Below are positions 21,827 through 31,308 of a stretch of 64,000 bases of DNA, in pieces; position 1 is the first letter of the stretch, and the number at the start of each line of letters is the position of its first letter. The notes under the pieces were generated by a model that was given only the letters and a program-made list of their open reading frames with translations, made no database searches and was not told where the DNA came from. Both the position numbers and the translations under genes were made by a program. The DNA is from Halodesulfurarchaeum sp. GTDB taxonomy: Archaea; Halobacteriota; Halobacteria; Halobacteriales; Halobacteriaceae. The stretch is taken from contig JAXHNL010000001.1 of the NCBI GenBank assembly GCA_034520565.1, positions 81,482 to 145,481 on the forward strand. Reading direction: 5' to 3'.

Positions 21827-23754
21827 CCGGCGAACAGGGCAGCACGGGTGCGGGAGACCAACCCGAGCGGACGGTACACGCGATCAGTCGGAACGTTTCC
21901 TCGACGTGGGAGTTGGGCGGACACCTCCGCGATCGACTCGACGAACTCGCGTATCTGCTGTTCGGGCGGCACGTCGACTCCAGCCGGCACGCTGAGGATC
22001 GGGCCCGCTTTTCGGGACTCGATTTCGAAATCCCGTTCGAAACCCTCCTGATCAGACAGTACGTTCTCTCGTGGGTCCTCGCCCTCGCCGTCGGGGGCTG
22101 GGCGGCAGTGGACCTCCACGCCGAAATCCAGTCACAGTGGAGTCATGTCCCCACTCCAGCGTTCCTTGCCAGTCCGCCGCCAAATTGGTGGCTCGTCCTC
22201 GTGGCGCTGACGGTGGGTGGGGCCGTCGGTCTCGGAGCGAAATACCTGTTCGGACGACTCGTCAGTGGCACACTCGGCTATCTCGAACGACGGCGTCGAG
22301 TCCGAATCGAGCAGACCCTCCCCGGTGCGGTGAGATACCTCCACGTCGCCTCGGCTGGAACGACCGACCCGCGCCAACTGCTCGAACGCGTGGCCAAGCG
22401 AAAGCGGGTTCACGGTGCCACTGCCGAGACGTTTGAAACGGCTTGCAAGCGCCAGACACTGGCCGGCAGCATGGAATCCGCGATTAGGCAGGTCGCACGG
22501 GACACGCCAGCCAGGGACACGCTCGCGCCGTTTCTCCTGACCTTCATCGAGCGTCGTCGGGAAGGAAGCCCGGCCCTCCGGGAGTTTCTGGCCGACGAGA
22601 GCCGAGTGCTTGCCGTCGAAGACGAGCGCCGGCACCGGCAGACCGGAACCTACCTCCGGGCCGTCGTGGGCCTGTTCGTCCTCTTGCTCGTGGGGCCGGT
22701 CGTCCTGGGACTGGGTCTTGCCGGCGGCCTGATCCTGTTTCCCGGAGTCGCCGGCCCGAAATCGGCGTTACAGGTTCCCGAGGTGACCGAAACGATCACC
22801 GCGATCGGTGCCGGTGGGATCCTCCTGTTGGGTGCCGGAGCGGCGCTGTTCGCGTTCCTTCTCCGGCCGAGCGGACTCCGCTGGGCTGGCCCACCACCGG
22901 CTCAGAGCCTCCGGGAGGCGCTTCGAACCAGCACCACAAACCCGACAAACGCGCTTTTGGTACTGCTCCCGATCGGCATCGCGATTCTGAGCGGAGGAAT
23001 CTGGGCCGGCATGGAGTATCAAACGGCGCTACTCGCTGCCTACGTGGTGGTGGGAGTTCCAGCGGGGCTCGTCGACGTCCGACGGGCGAGGCGTCGGAAC
23101 CGCCTCGACCGGGCGCTCCCGAAGTTCGTTCACAGCCTCGCCGAACGGCTCGAACGCGGCCGTCCCCTTCGCAACGCTGTCGCAGAAATCGCCCGAGAGG
23201 AAACATACGGGTCACTCGACGGTCCGGTTCGAAAGCTCGCGGCCGATCTACAACTGATACAGGATCCGTCTGGCGGACGTAAACGCGCTCTCGAGCGGTT
23301 CGTCGGTCGAATTGGCACCCCCTTTGCGGGGCGGACGATCGGAATTGCGGTCGGTGCCATCGAGGCCGGGGCCGCCGCCCAATCGGCCGTCGCCCATCTG
23401 CAGACCGAAACCGGTCGGCTCGTTCACGCGGACCGGGCCCGCCGAAGTCGTTTTCCAGTGGTACTGCTCGTGGGGTGGACCGTCGCGCTTCTGATCGTCG
23501 CCATCGTAATCGTGGTGAACCTGATGGTTCTCGAAACGGCCACGCCGACCGGCCCCATCGCTGGGGTGGCGATCGAGCCTCTCGAGGGCGTCACCCGTGA
23601 GCGCCCGCTCTTTTATGCACTCACCCAGGCCACCATGCTCGCAAGCGGCTGGTTTGCCGGTCTCACTGGTCGTGGCGTCTACGAGGCGCTCCTCCATTCG
23701 GGGGTGTTGCTCGCGATCACCTGGACCGGATTCCGGCTCGCGGGCCTGGGCTAA
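21823..23754 (+). CDS. PilC/FlaJ-like (T2SS F domain) membrane platform protein
   Basis: IEQTLPGAVRYL and LDRALPKFVHSLAE...YGSL T2SSF-like repeats; many TM segments; FYALTQATMLASGWFAG. Confidence 0.8.
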   Translation: MTGEQGSTGAGDQPERTVHAISRNVSSTWELGGHLRDRLDELAYLLFGRHVDSSRHAEDRARFSGLDFEIPFETLLIRQYVLSWVLALAVGGWAAVDLHAEIQSQWSHVPTPAFLASPPPNWWLVLVALTVGGAVGLGAKYLFGRLVSGTLGYLERRRRVRIEQTLPGAVRYLHVASAGTTDPRQLLERVAKRKRVHGATAETFETACKRQTLAGSMESAIRQVARDTPARDTLAPFLLTFIERRREGSPALREFLADESRVLAVEDERRHRQTGTYLRAVVGLFVLLLVGPVVLGLGLAGGLILFPGVAGPKSALQVPEVTETITAIGAGGILLLGAGAALFAFLLRPSGLRWAGPPPAQSLREALRTSTTNPTNALLVLLPIGIAILSGGIWAGMEYQTALLAAYVVVGVPAGLVDVRRARRRNRLDRALPKFVHSLAERLERGRPLRNAVAEIAREETYGSLDGPVRKLAADLQLIQDPSGGRKRALERFVGRIGTPFAGRTIGIAVGAIEAGAAAQSAVAHLQTETGRLVHADRARRSRFPVVLLVGWTVALLIVAIVIVVNLMVLETATPTGPIAGVAIEPLEGVTRERPLFYALTQATMLASGWFAGLTGRGVYEALLHSGVLLAITWTGFRLAGLG

Positions 23755-24281
23755 TCTTCCGGGGCCGTCGCCCCGAACCCCCACTCCTCGGCCCGCTTTC
23801 GAGCCTCCATGGCAGCCCGCTGCTGAATCGCCTCGATCTTCTCTTCATCGGCGAGAAAAGCCTCGACGGCATCCAGTTCGGTGCCGGACGCTGCGGGTTT
23901 CTCGGGAGTCGCGAGTTCACGCGTCCGGCGGGCCAGTTCCGCATCACCGAGAACCTCTTCGGCAGGGACGGCCGGTGAGAGATCGCCGTTGCGGATTTCC
24001 GTCCGATCGGCCGTTTCGACAAGCCGGGCACGATAGGGGCCCGTCTCGGCGATATCCGCGACTGCAGCCGAATCAGTGTGCCCCGTTGCCGTGTGCGTGG
24101 CCCCGACCGGCACCCCGCCGTCGAACCACAGCACGCAGTGACCCGCCTCGTCTCCCAGTAATCCGGCCTGCGGGACGATTTCCCCGTATCCCCGAAGTTC
24201 GGTCTCCAGTGCCTCCCGCAGGGGGGTTTCGAGGGTCATGACGACGCGGTCGAATCGCGTCTGGCCCTCGGGCCGGCTCAT
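23751..24281 (-). CDS. Conserved hypothetical protein coupled to MinD
   Basis: Overlaps the minD stop; AVEAFLADEEKIEAIQ...EEWGF C-terminus. Confidence 0.7.
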   Translation of the reverse strand: MSRPEGQTRFDRVVMTLETPLREALETELRGYGEIVPQAGLLGDEAGHCVLWFDGGVPVGATHTATGHTDSAAVADIAETGPYRARLVETADRTEIRNGDLSPAVPAEEVLGDAELARRTRELATPEKPAASGTELDAVEAFLADEEKIEAIQQRAAMEARKRAEEWGFGATAPED

Positions 24282-25051
24282 GGCGAATCCGGAATGACCG
24301 CGTTCCGGAACCGGTCGGCGACGCCGTCGGCCGGGGACGGTCTGACGTCGAGATTTGCAGCGACCGAGGTAAAGGCCTGTCCGGCCGAGCTATCGGGCGC
24401 ATGCGCCAAAAGCGGGGTGCCTGCTTTGCGCGCCTCGCGAGCCGCCTCGTCCATCGGTACCGAGCCGAGGACCGGACCTACGAGGTACTCCCCGGCTCGA
24501 TCGGCGATCCGGGTGACTGACTCGGGATCGTGTACTTTGTTGAAAAGCAGGCCGGCAACGCCAGTCCCGTAGGCGGTGGCGTACTCCTGGACTTTCAGGC
24601 CGTCGGTGATCGCCGGAATCGTGGGCTGAACCACCAGCACGATCCGATCCGCGATGACGATCGGCAGGACGGCATCCCGGCTCCCCAGGGTCGCCGGCGA
24701 GTCGAGCAGGAGGACGTCAGTCCGTGCGGCCAGATCGGCGATGACCGACTGAAGTCGGCTCGGGTCGGCGTCCCGGAAGGCGTCGAGGCTGGTCCCACAC
24801 GGAACGATATCCATCCCGTAGCGGTGGTAGACTGCCTCCGAGACGGGGACTGTAGCGCCCTCCCGAAGCAGGTCGTGTAGCGTCACCGGGACGTCTTCAA
24901 GACCGGCGTGAAAGAGGAGATTTGCCATCCCGGTGTCGGTGTCGATTACGGTGACGTCGTGCTGTTCGGCCAGGCCCATCCCGAGGGCCAGCGTTGCGGT
25001 CGTCTTGCCGGTACCGCCCTTTCCCGAGGCGACCGCGAGGACTTCTACCAT
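24278..25051 (-). CDS. minD: MinD/ParA-family ATPase
   Basis: ASGKGGTGKTT deviant Walker A; DTDTGMANL; LLLDSP; FNK. Confidence 0.88.
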   Translation of the reverse strand: MVEVLAVASGKGGTGKTTATLALGMGLAEQHDVTVIDTDTGMANLLFHAGLEDVPVTLHDLLREGATVPVSEAVYHRYGMDIVPCGTSLDAFRDADPSRLQSVIADLAARTDVLLLDSPATLGSRDAVLPIVIADRIVLVVQPTIPAITDGLKVQEYATAYGTGVAGLLFNKVHDPESVTRIADRAGEYLVGPVLGSVPMDEAAREARKAGTPLLAHAPDSSAGQAFTSVAANLDVRPSPADGVADRFRNAVIPDSP

Positions 25052-25275
25052 CGCGGCCTCCCCGATCGGGCACAGCTGCGTGATCGGCGTCGAGTTCGCG
25101 TTCCGGACACAAATCCACAGGCGGCCCCGTCCTTGATTTATGTTACGAGCCGCGGGGACGTGCTGACACGATACTAACAACTCTTCCCGGTTTCCTCCAC
25201 ACAACGACCGGTGAAAACCGGCCAGGCACTCATACAGAGCGTGCAATTATGATGGGTGGGGCCGAAAAGAGACGT

Positions 25276-26031
25276 ATGAATCGCTCCGATCCGGCCACCT
25301 TCGAGCGGACCGGCGACGTCGATCTCGATCGACCGACGCTGATCGAGGGATTGCCGGGCCACGGGCTCGTAGCTTCGATCGCAGTCGACCAGATCTCCGA
25401 GCAGCTCGGCCTCGACCTGTACGGAACCCTCTATGACGAAACGTTCCCGCAGGTCGTCACCTTCGAGGAGGGAATGGCGCGGGACCCGGTACGCGTGTAC
25501 GCGGCCCGCGACCCGTCCATCCTTACTCTGCAGAGTGACCTTGCGATCCCGTATCCTGCCTTTCGACCCCTCGCAAAGGGGTTGTTCGGGGCGGTCGAGG
25601 CGTTCGAGCAGGCGATCTTTCTGGCCGGCGCACCGGCCCAGTCCGAGTCCCAGCGCGGGGAAGTGATGGGCGTGGCGACGACCTCGGAGATGCGGGACCA
25701 ACTCGAGGCGGCGGGAATCGAACTCGCGGCCGATCCGGGGGTGATCGGGGGCGTTACGGGTGCGCTCGCCCAGGCCTGCCATCACGAGTCGATCCCGACG
25801 GCAGTCCTCATTGTGAAGTCCCACCCGTACCTGCCGGACCCGGGGGCCGCCCAGGAGTTGATCGAGAGCGCCCTCGAGCCGCTGGTCGATTTCGATATCG
25901 ACACGACCGAACTCGAACAGCAAGCCGCCGAGATCCAGGAGCGGATGCACCAGATCGCCGAGCAGTACGAACAGATGATCGAAAGCGAGCGGCCCTACCC
26001 CGATTCCGGCATGCCGGGCATGTACCAGTAA
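25276..26031 (+). CDS. PAC2-family proteasome assembly chaperone
   Basis: LIEGLPGHGLVASIAVD, PDPGAA, C-terminal MYQ. Confidence 0.85.
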   Translation: MNRSDPATFERTGDVDLDRPTLIEGLPGHGLVASIAVDQISEQLGLDLYGTLYDETFPQVVTFEEGMARDPVRVYAARDPSILTLQSDLAIPYPAFRPLAKGLFGAVEAFEQAIFLAGAPAQSESQRGEVMGVATTSEMRDQLEAAGIELAADPGVIGGVTGALAQACHHESIPTAVLIVKSHPYLPDPGAAQELIESALEPLVDFDIDTTELEQQAAEIQERMHQIAEQYEQMIESERPYPDSGMPGMYQ

Positions 26032-26117
26032 GTGTCGCGAGAACGTCCCGGCGGCCGCCGGGATCTCGCGGACGCCGAACCGTCACGACTTTTGCCTAGG
26101 GCCACGAATTCCGCGAC

Positions 26118-26315
26118 ATGGATACCGTCACCCCGCCCACGCCCGGGCACTTCGCACCGGAAATGACGGCCTTTGGCTGGATGATGGCCGCCGGAATCGC
26201 GCTGGTCCTCATGCCGCTCTGGCCACTGCTGGCGATCATGTGGATCGTCGGTAAACAGGGCGACCGAGGCAAAGAAAAGGGGACCAAACACCCCGACGAC
26301 GAGATCCCGATCTGA
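26118..26315 (+). CDS. Small membrane hypothetical protein
   Basis: TVTPP...EM..FGW followed by a hydrophobic segment. Confidence 0.55.
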   Translation: MDTVTPPTPGHFAPEMTAFGWMMAAGIALVLMPLWPLLAIMWIVGKQGDRGKEKGTKHPDDEIPI

Positions 26316-26413
26316 AAGCTGGACGAAACGAACTGACCGGCCGGCTTCCCGAGACGATCGCCTGTTTCGTTCGGTCCGAAACGATATCCACGAGACACAC
26401 CCACTACTGACCA

Positions 26414-27172
26414 ATGGACGCGCTTGGCTGGATCCTTCTCACCACGTTTCTGATCAGTTTGCTCGCGTGGATCGGGATTCTGACGCTTTTCCTGACCGAG
26501 GAGCTGCTGGATCGGATCCTCCTCGTGCTCGTTGCACTCGCGGCCGGGGCGCTCATTGGGAGCGCCTTTCTTCACCTGCTCCCGCGGGCCATCCAGGAGT
26601 ACGGGGCCGACAATACGATCCCGATGTTCCTGTATCTGATCGCCGGGTTCTGCCTGTTTTACGTCCTCGAACAGTTCATCCACTGGCACCATCACCACGG
26701 CGCGACCCACGACAGGGACGCTGTCTCCTACCTGGTACTCATCTCGGATACGGTCCACAACTTCATCGACGGTCTGGTCATCGCCGGCTCCTTCCTGGTC
26801 GGCGTGGACGTCGGACTCGTGACCGCGGCGGCCATCGCGCTTCACGAAATTCCCCAGGAGATCGGCGACTTCGGCGTGCTTGTCTACGGCGGATTCGAGC
26901 GCTTCCCGGCACTCGTGCTCAACTACCTCACCCAGGCGACGGTCATCCTCGGCGGCATCGTCGGGTACGGGTTCGCGAGCGTGATCGGTGGGACCCCGAC
27001 CTTCCTCCTGCCCTTCGCGGCCGGGACCTTCATCTACATCGCGAGTTCGGACCTGATTCCCGAGATCAAACACGAGACGGACCATCGCAAGGCCGCCGTC
27101 TACTTCGGGGTCTTCCTCTCCGGTATTCTGCTCATGTACGGAATCAAGGTGCTCCGTCACGCATTCGCGTAG
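26414..27172 (+). CDS. ZIP-family metal transporter
   Basis: HLLP, His-rich loop WHHHH, HNFIDG, HEIPQEIGDF. Confidence 0.93.
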   Translation: MDALGWILLTTFLISLLAWIGILTLFLTEELLDRILLVLVALAAGALIGSAFLHLLPRAIQEYGADNTIPMFLYLIAGFCLFYVLEQFIHWHHHHGATHDRDAVSYLVLISDTVHNFIDGLVIAGSFLVGVDVGLVTAAAIALHEIPQEIGDFGVLVYGGFERFPALVLNYLTQATVILGGIVGYGFASVIGGTPTFLLPFAAGTFIYIASSDLIPEIKHETDHRKAAVYFGVFLSGILLMYGIKVLRHAFA

Positions 27173-27251
27173 ACCAGTGTCACCGGGGGAGAATCGCCGG
27201 GGGAGGTAGATTCATCCGGCCGGGACTGCAAATTTATGTGAGGAATTAACA

Positions 27252-27674
27252 ATGCCAGTACGACACGCGGATGCGACCTGGGAAGGAGACCTGCGCGACG
27301 GAAACGGTTCGATGGCACTCGGAAGCGGGGCGTTCGAGGGGGCGTACTCCTTCGCATCGCGGTTCGAAGACGGCACTGGAACCAACCCGGAGGAGCTGAT
27401 CGGAGCCGCACACGCGGGCTGTTTCTCGATGGCGCTGGCGAACGAACTCGCGGAAGCGGGCTATGATCCCCAGCAAATCGACACCGAAGCCGCCGTCAAT
27501 CTGAACGCCGACTCACTCGAGATCGACCACGTCGAATTGACCCTCGAGGCACGGATTGCCGACATCGACGAGGAGACGTTCCACGAGTTCGCGAACGGAG
27601 CGAAGGAGAACTGTCCGGTTTCGAAGGCTCTCGCCGGCGTCGAAATCACGCTTTCGGCGACACTGGTGGACTGA
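27252..27674 (+). CDS. osmC: OsmC-family peroxiredoxin
   Basis: GTNPEELIGAAHAGCFSMAL and CPVSKAL. Confidence 0.93.
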   Translation: MPVRHADATWEGDLRDGNGSMALGSGAFEGAYSFASRFEDGTGTNPEELIGAAHAGCFSMALANELAEAGYDPQQIDTEAAVNLNADSLEIDHVELTLEARIADIDEETFHEFANGAKENCPVSKALAGVEITLSATLVD

Positions 27675-27713
27675 GCCCGAACCGTTTTTGCCCGGGGTCG
27701 CGTGGGCTCGACA

Positions 27714-28064
27714 ATGCCCGGCATCGTCTTCTTCGGCAGTGCGGACCGCGAGGACACAGTGGCGTTTTACACGGAGCGAGTCGGGGCCGAAGTGTGGCTC
27801 GAACAGTCCGGGTGTACGATCCTCCAGTACGACACCCTGCTGTTCGGGTTCTGCGACCGGGATGGGGCGGAGACGGAGGGGGTGCTAACCTTCGTCACCG
27901 ACACCCGCGATGGCGTGGACGCGTTTTACGACACGTTTGCGGATCGTGCCCGGAGCAAGCCTAGAGTGAACGACGAGTACGACATCTACCAGTTCTTCGC
28001 CGAGGACCCGGAGGGCCGGACGATCGAGTTCCAGACGTTTCTCCACGAGACCGATCCGGTGTAA
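27714..28064 (+). CDS. VOC/glyoxalase-family protein
   Basis: FYTERVG...FFAEDPEGRTIEFQ. Confidence 0.85.
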   Translation: MPGIVFFGSADREDTVAFYTERVGAEVWLEQSGCTILQYDTLLFGFCDRDGAETEGVLTFVTDTRDGVDAFYDTFADRARSKPRVNDEYDIYQFFAEDPEGRTIEFQTFLHETDPV

Positions 28065-28369
28065 AACGGCAAGTGACAGTTCCTCGTTGGCTCATCGGTA
28101 GGGTCGTCAGCGTGACGCCGCTTGCTCCCCCCATACCTTCGTCGAAGCGTCCGGGATCGAAACGCTCATCGAGGGGCTCAACGGTAGCAAGCGCTGATAT
28201 CGTTCGAATAACCCAGAGTTGTGGACGTTTTTCCGAAATTCATCGGTCCACCGCCGACTGTTGTTATGACTGTTGAAGAGTGCGGAATGGGCACAGTTTC
28301 TACGACCCTGTGCCACGGAGGTGGCGAACGGCCACAGTATTATCTCGGTTGCGTCCCTATGGAGCAGGG

Positions 28370-28663
28370 ATGACAGACGCGGAAACCGATCGCATGACCC
28401 TCGCAGACGGTGGAGACCGACGCGAGGACGTGGTTGCTGAATCGCTTCCGGAGTGCCACCGTCGCGGTTGCAGCGAGCGAGCGACGTTCGTCGCCCTCGA
28501 GCGATATCAGGAAGAAACCGGGCACGGGGCCGTCGAGGCGGAGGCCAAGCTCTGTCAAGAACATGCCAGAGAAGAGAGTCCCGCGAATCTCGATGGCAGT
28601 TACCCGGAGTACGTGTTTCGAGTGGAGCCGCTCCAGGCGGCCGTGGACAGCGACGTCACGTAA
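28370..28663 (+). CDS. Hypothetical protein with a putative Zn-binding motif
   Basis: Acidic ORF MTDAETD; CHRRGC...LCQEH. Confidence 0.55.
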   Translation: MTDAETDRMTLADGGDRREDVVAESLPECHRRGCSERATFVALERYQEETGHGAVEAEAKLCQEHAREESPANLDGSYPEYVFRVEPLQAAVDSDVT

Positions 28664-28765
28664 TCGATCGGATGGAGTCCGATTCTGGCCACGGAACAGA
28701 TCGATCGACGAGCGGTTCTTGACCGGCCCACACGGCTATGGGGATACGGACCGTAGTGGGGAACG

Positions 28766-29008
28766 ATGCCTGAAGAAGTCCTATTCAAGATCGAGGAACG
28801 ACGATCGAGAACGAAGATCGCAGCCGTGCTACGCGACGCAGCCGAGCAGATCGAATCCGGGACCGTGCAGTTACGGGGTGAAACAGCAACACGAGACGTT
28901 ACCATTCCAGAAAATCCTCGATTCGAAGTCGAACTCGAACGGCTCACCGATTCGGAAACCGGCGAACAGCGGTACGAACTCGAGTACGAGATCAGGTGGA
29001 CCGAGTGA
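28766..29008 (+). CDS. Amphi-Trp domain protein
   Basis: MPEEVLFK...FEVELER...ELEYEIRW. Confidence 0.8.
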   Translation: MPEEVLFKIEERRSRTKIAAVLRDAAEQIESGTVQLRGETATRDVTIPENPRFEVELERLTDSETGEQRYELEYEIRWTE

Positions 29009-29160
29009 GACGCCACTCCCGGCAAGTTCCACCCACTCAACAGCCCGGTTCGGGTGTTCTGACTGCTTACTTCGTTCGCAGGCACGCAGCTCGCGGCTCA
29101 CTCGTTTCATTCGTTCACCGCTCGCACAAAATCGAGACCGCACTACGTTCGGTCTCGCAG

Positions 29161-29246
29161 TCCGCTTCCCGATTTGAACGCCGGTAGACAGTCTGCTCGC
29201 TACGCTGCGCGAACTGTAACTACCGAGCTCGAATCGGGAAGGCGGA
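29161..29246. repeat. Long imperfect palindrome with tRNA-3'-end-like termini
   Basis: TCCGCTTCCCGATTTGAAC ... GCTCGAATCGGGAAGGCGGA, with internal arms CGGTAG/CTACCG and ACAGT/ACTGT. Confidence 0.75.
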
Positions 29247-29305
29247 TTTGCGGAGCAAATCCAACCGAGCCGATTTAGAGTCGACTGGGAATCGGCTTGA
29301 AAGAA

Positions 29306-29327
29306 AATCCGCCCTCCCCGATTTGAA
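29306..29327 (-). repeat. 22-bp direct repeat of the tRNA-Tyr 3' end
   Basis: AATCCGCCCTCCCCGATTTGAA is identical at 29306 and 29456. Confidence 0.9.
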
Positions 29328-29457
29328 GCGCACGAGACGGTCCGGGCGTGCGCCCCTTCGGGCCGTTCCGGGCTGCGCCTCGCTGATTCAAATCGTGTCG
29401 AGGAATGTACTTCACGCTCACCGCTCTCACTTCGTTCGAGGGTTCGCGCAGAAGTAA

Positions 29458-29531
29458 TCCGCCCTCCCCGATTTGAACGGGGGGCAAGCCGATCTACAGT
29501 CGGCTGCTCTACCAGGCTGAGCTAAGGGCGG
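29458..29531 (-). tRNA. tRNA-Tyr (anticodon GTA)
   Basis: Reverse complement CCGCCCTTAGCTCAGCCTGGTAGAGCAGCCGACTGTAGATCGGC...GTTCAAATCGGGGAGGGCGGA; archaeal C1-G72/A73 identity. Confidence 0.95.
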
Positions 29532-29932
29532 TTGCACTCGAACGTAGCGCTCCATCCGAATTTAAGGATTGTCATTCCATCGGACCAGACCAGCACACCC
29601 AAAACGAGCTTCCTGGTCGTCAGGTTCGAACGCGTGTACACAATCGGTTCGCTCACTCTCGGACCGCGCGCCGACTGCATCAGTAGTGGCTTTCGAACCG
29701 CATCCGTATCGCGGGATTTGCCGAAAGTTGTCCGTTAGCCTTGGTTCACCATCCCAATGTTGGCCCAATTGTTTACGCGACGTGTTACATTCGCCGTTAA
29801 TTATATATGGTAGGGGGGTGTCGGTCAAGCTACGTAAGACGCGGGTCTTACAGACCGGCAATCGTCGGCGAAGACCCACGTAACCCGTCGGGGACGTCGG
29901 GGATCCGTCTTACGGGAACGGGGAATACAAAC

Positions 29933-30106
29933 ATGGAGCGTGTGACACTCCGAATACCGGAACAGCAGATCGAGGCCGTCGAGCGGATGGTCGAGACGGG
30001 GAAATACCCCAATCGCAGCGAAGCCATCCGATCGGCGGTTCGCGAGATGCTCGAGGAGAACAGGGGAGAACAAACGAACAGTCCGCGGAACTACGTGAAG
30101 GTGTAA
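29933..30106 (+). CDS. cdrS: Ribbon-helix-helix cell-division regulator CdrS
   Basis: MERVTLRIP...[13 protein letters not shown] immediately upstream of ftsZ. Confidence 0.88.
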   Translation: MERVTLRIPEQQIEAVERMVETGKYPNRSEAIRSAVREMLEENRGEQTNSPRNYVKV

Positions 30107-30108
30107 CA

Positions 30109-31278
30109 ATGCAAGATATCGTTCAAGACGCCCTTGACAACGCAGAAGAGGAAGCGAGGGAAATGCCGGAAACGGACGGCGACGACGCGGCCGAATTCGG
30201 GGATCCGCGGATCGTCATCGTCGGGGCCGGCGGCGCGGGGAACAACACGGTCAACCGACTGTACAACATCGGTGTCGACGGCGCCGACACGGTCGCCGTC
30301 AACACGGACAAACAGCACCTGAAGATGGTCGAGGCCGACACCAAGATCCTGGTGGGCAAGTCGCTCACGAACGGCCTCGGCGCCGGTGGCGACCCCAACA
30401 TGGGCGAGCGCGCGACCGAGATGGCCCAGGGGACGATCAAGGAGGTCCTCGGTGACGCCGACCTCGTCTTCGTCACCGCCGGCATGGGTGGCGGGACCGG
30501 TACCGGGGCCGCCCCGGTCATCTCGCAGATCGCCAAAGAGCAGGGTGCGATCGTCGTGGGGATGGTTTCGACGCCGTTCAACGTCGAGCGCGCCCGGACC
30601 GTGAAGGCCGAAGAGGGCCTCGAGCGCCTCCGCAACGAGGCCGACTCGATCATCGTCCTCGACAACAACCGACTGCTGGATTACGTCCCGAACCTGCCCA
30701 TCGGAAAGGCCTTCTCGGTGATGGACCAGATCATCGCCGAAACGGTCAAGGGCATCTCCGAGACGATTACCCAGCCCTCGCTGATCAACCTCGACTACGC
30801 GGACATGACCGCCATCATGAACCAGGGCGGCGTGGCCGTCATGCTCGTCGGGGAGACCCAGGACAAGAACAAGACCCAGGAAGTCGTCAAGGACGCGATG
30901 AACCACCCGCTCCTGGACGTCGATTACCGCGGCGCCTCCGGTGGCCTCGTCCACATCACCGGTGGCCCCGACCTCACGCTCAAAGAGGCCGAGGGCATCG
31001 CAGACAACATCACCGAACGCCTGGACGCGTCCGCGAACGTCATCTGGGGCGCGCGGATTCAGGAGAATTACAAGGGCAAGGTCCGCGTGATGGCCATCAT
31101 GACCGGCGTGCAGAGCGCCCAGGTCCTCGGGCCGTCCACGCAAGAGCAAGCCGACCGCTCCCGGGCGGAGATCGAGAACCCCAGCAGCGCCGAGAGCGGC
31201 TCGCAGGCCTTCGGTGCCCACTCCGACGGGGGCCAGAACGAACTCGAACAGGAGAACGGACTCGACGTCATCCGGTGA
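30109..31278 (+). CDS. ftsZ2: Cell division protein FtsZ (FtsZ2 type)
   Basis: [17 protein letters not shown] tubulin signature, NLDYAD; follows cdrS; GLDVIR tail. Confidence 0.93.
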   Translation: MQDIVQDALDNAEEEAREMPETDGDDAAEFGDPRIVIVGAGGAGNNTVNRLYNIGVDGADTVAVNTDKQHLKMVEADTKILVGKSLTNGLGAGGDPNMGERATEMAQGTIKEVLGDADLVFVTAGMGGGTGTGAAPVISQIAKEQGAIVVGMVSTPFNVERARTVKAEEGLERLRNEADSIIVLDNNRLLDYVPNLPIGKAFSVMDQIIAETVKGISETITQPSLINLDYADMTAIMNQGGVAVMLVGETQDKNKTQEVVKDAMNHPLLDVDYRGASGGLVHITGGPDLTLKEAEGIADNITERLDASANVIWGARIQENYKGKVRVMAIMTGVQSAQVLGPSTQEQADRSRAEIENPSSAESGSQAFGAHSDGGQNELEQENGLDVIR

Positions 31279-31308
31279 AATGGAAGTCGGTCGAGTTATC
31301 TGACTATT

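Noticed and set aside
28270-28314. CTGTTGAAGAG and the GGCACAG...CTGTGCC hairpin as an IS end or cassette site
   Set aside because: No matching partner end, TSD or transposase was found, and it does not fit the 9-9-9 layout.
29562-29879. ORFs between tRNA-Tyr and cdrS as cdrL or another gene
   Set aside because: No RHH or double-Zn-ribbon motif, atypical composition, and overlap with probable promoter regions.
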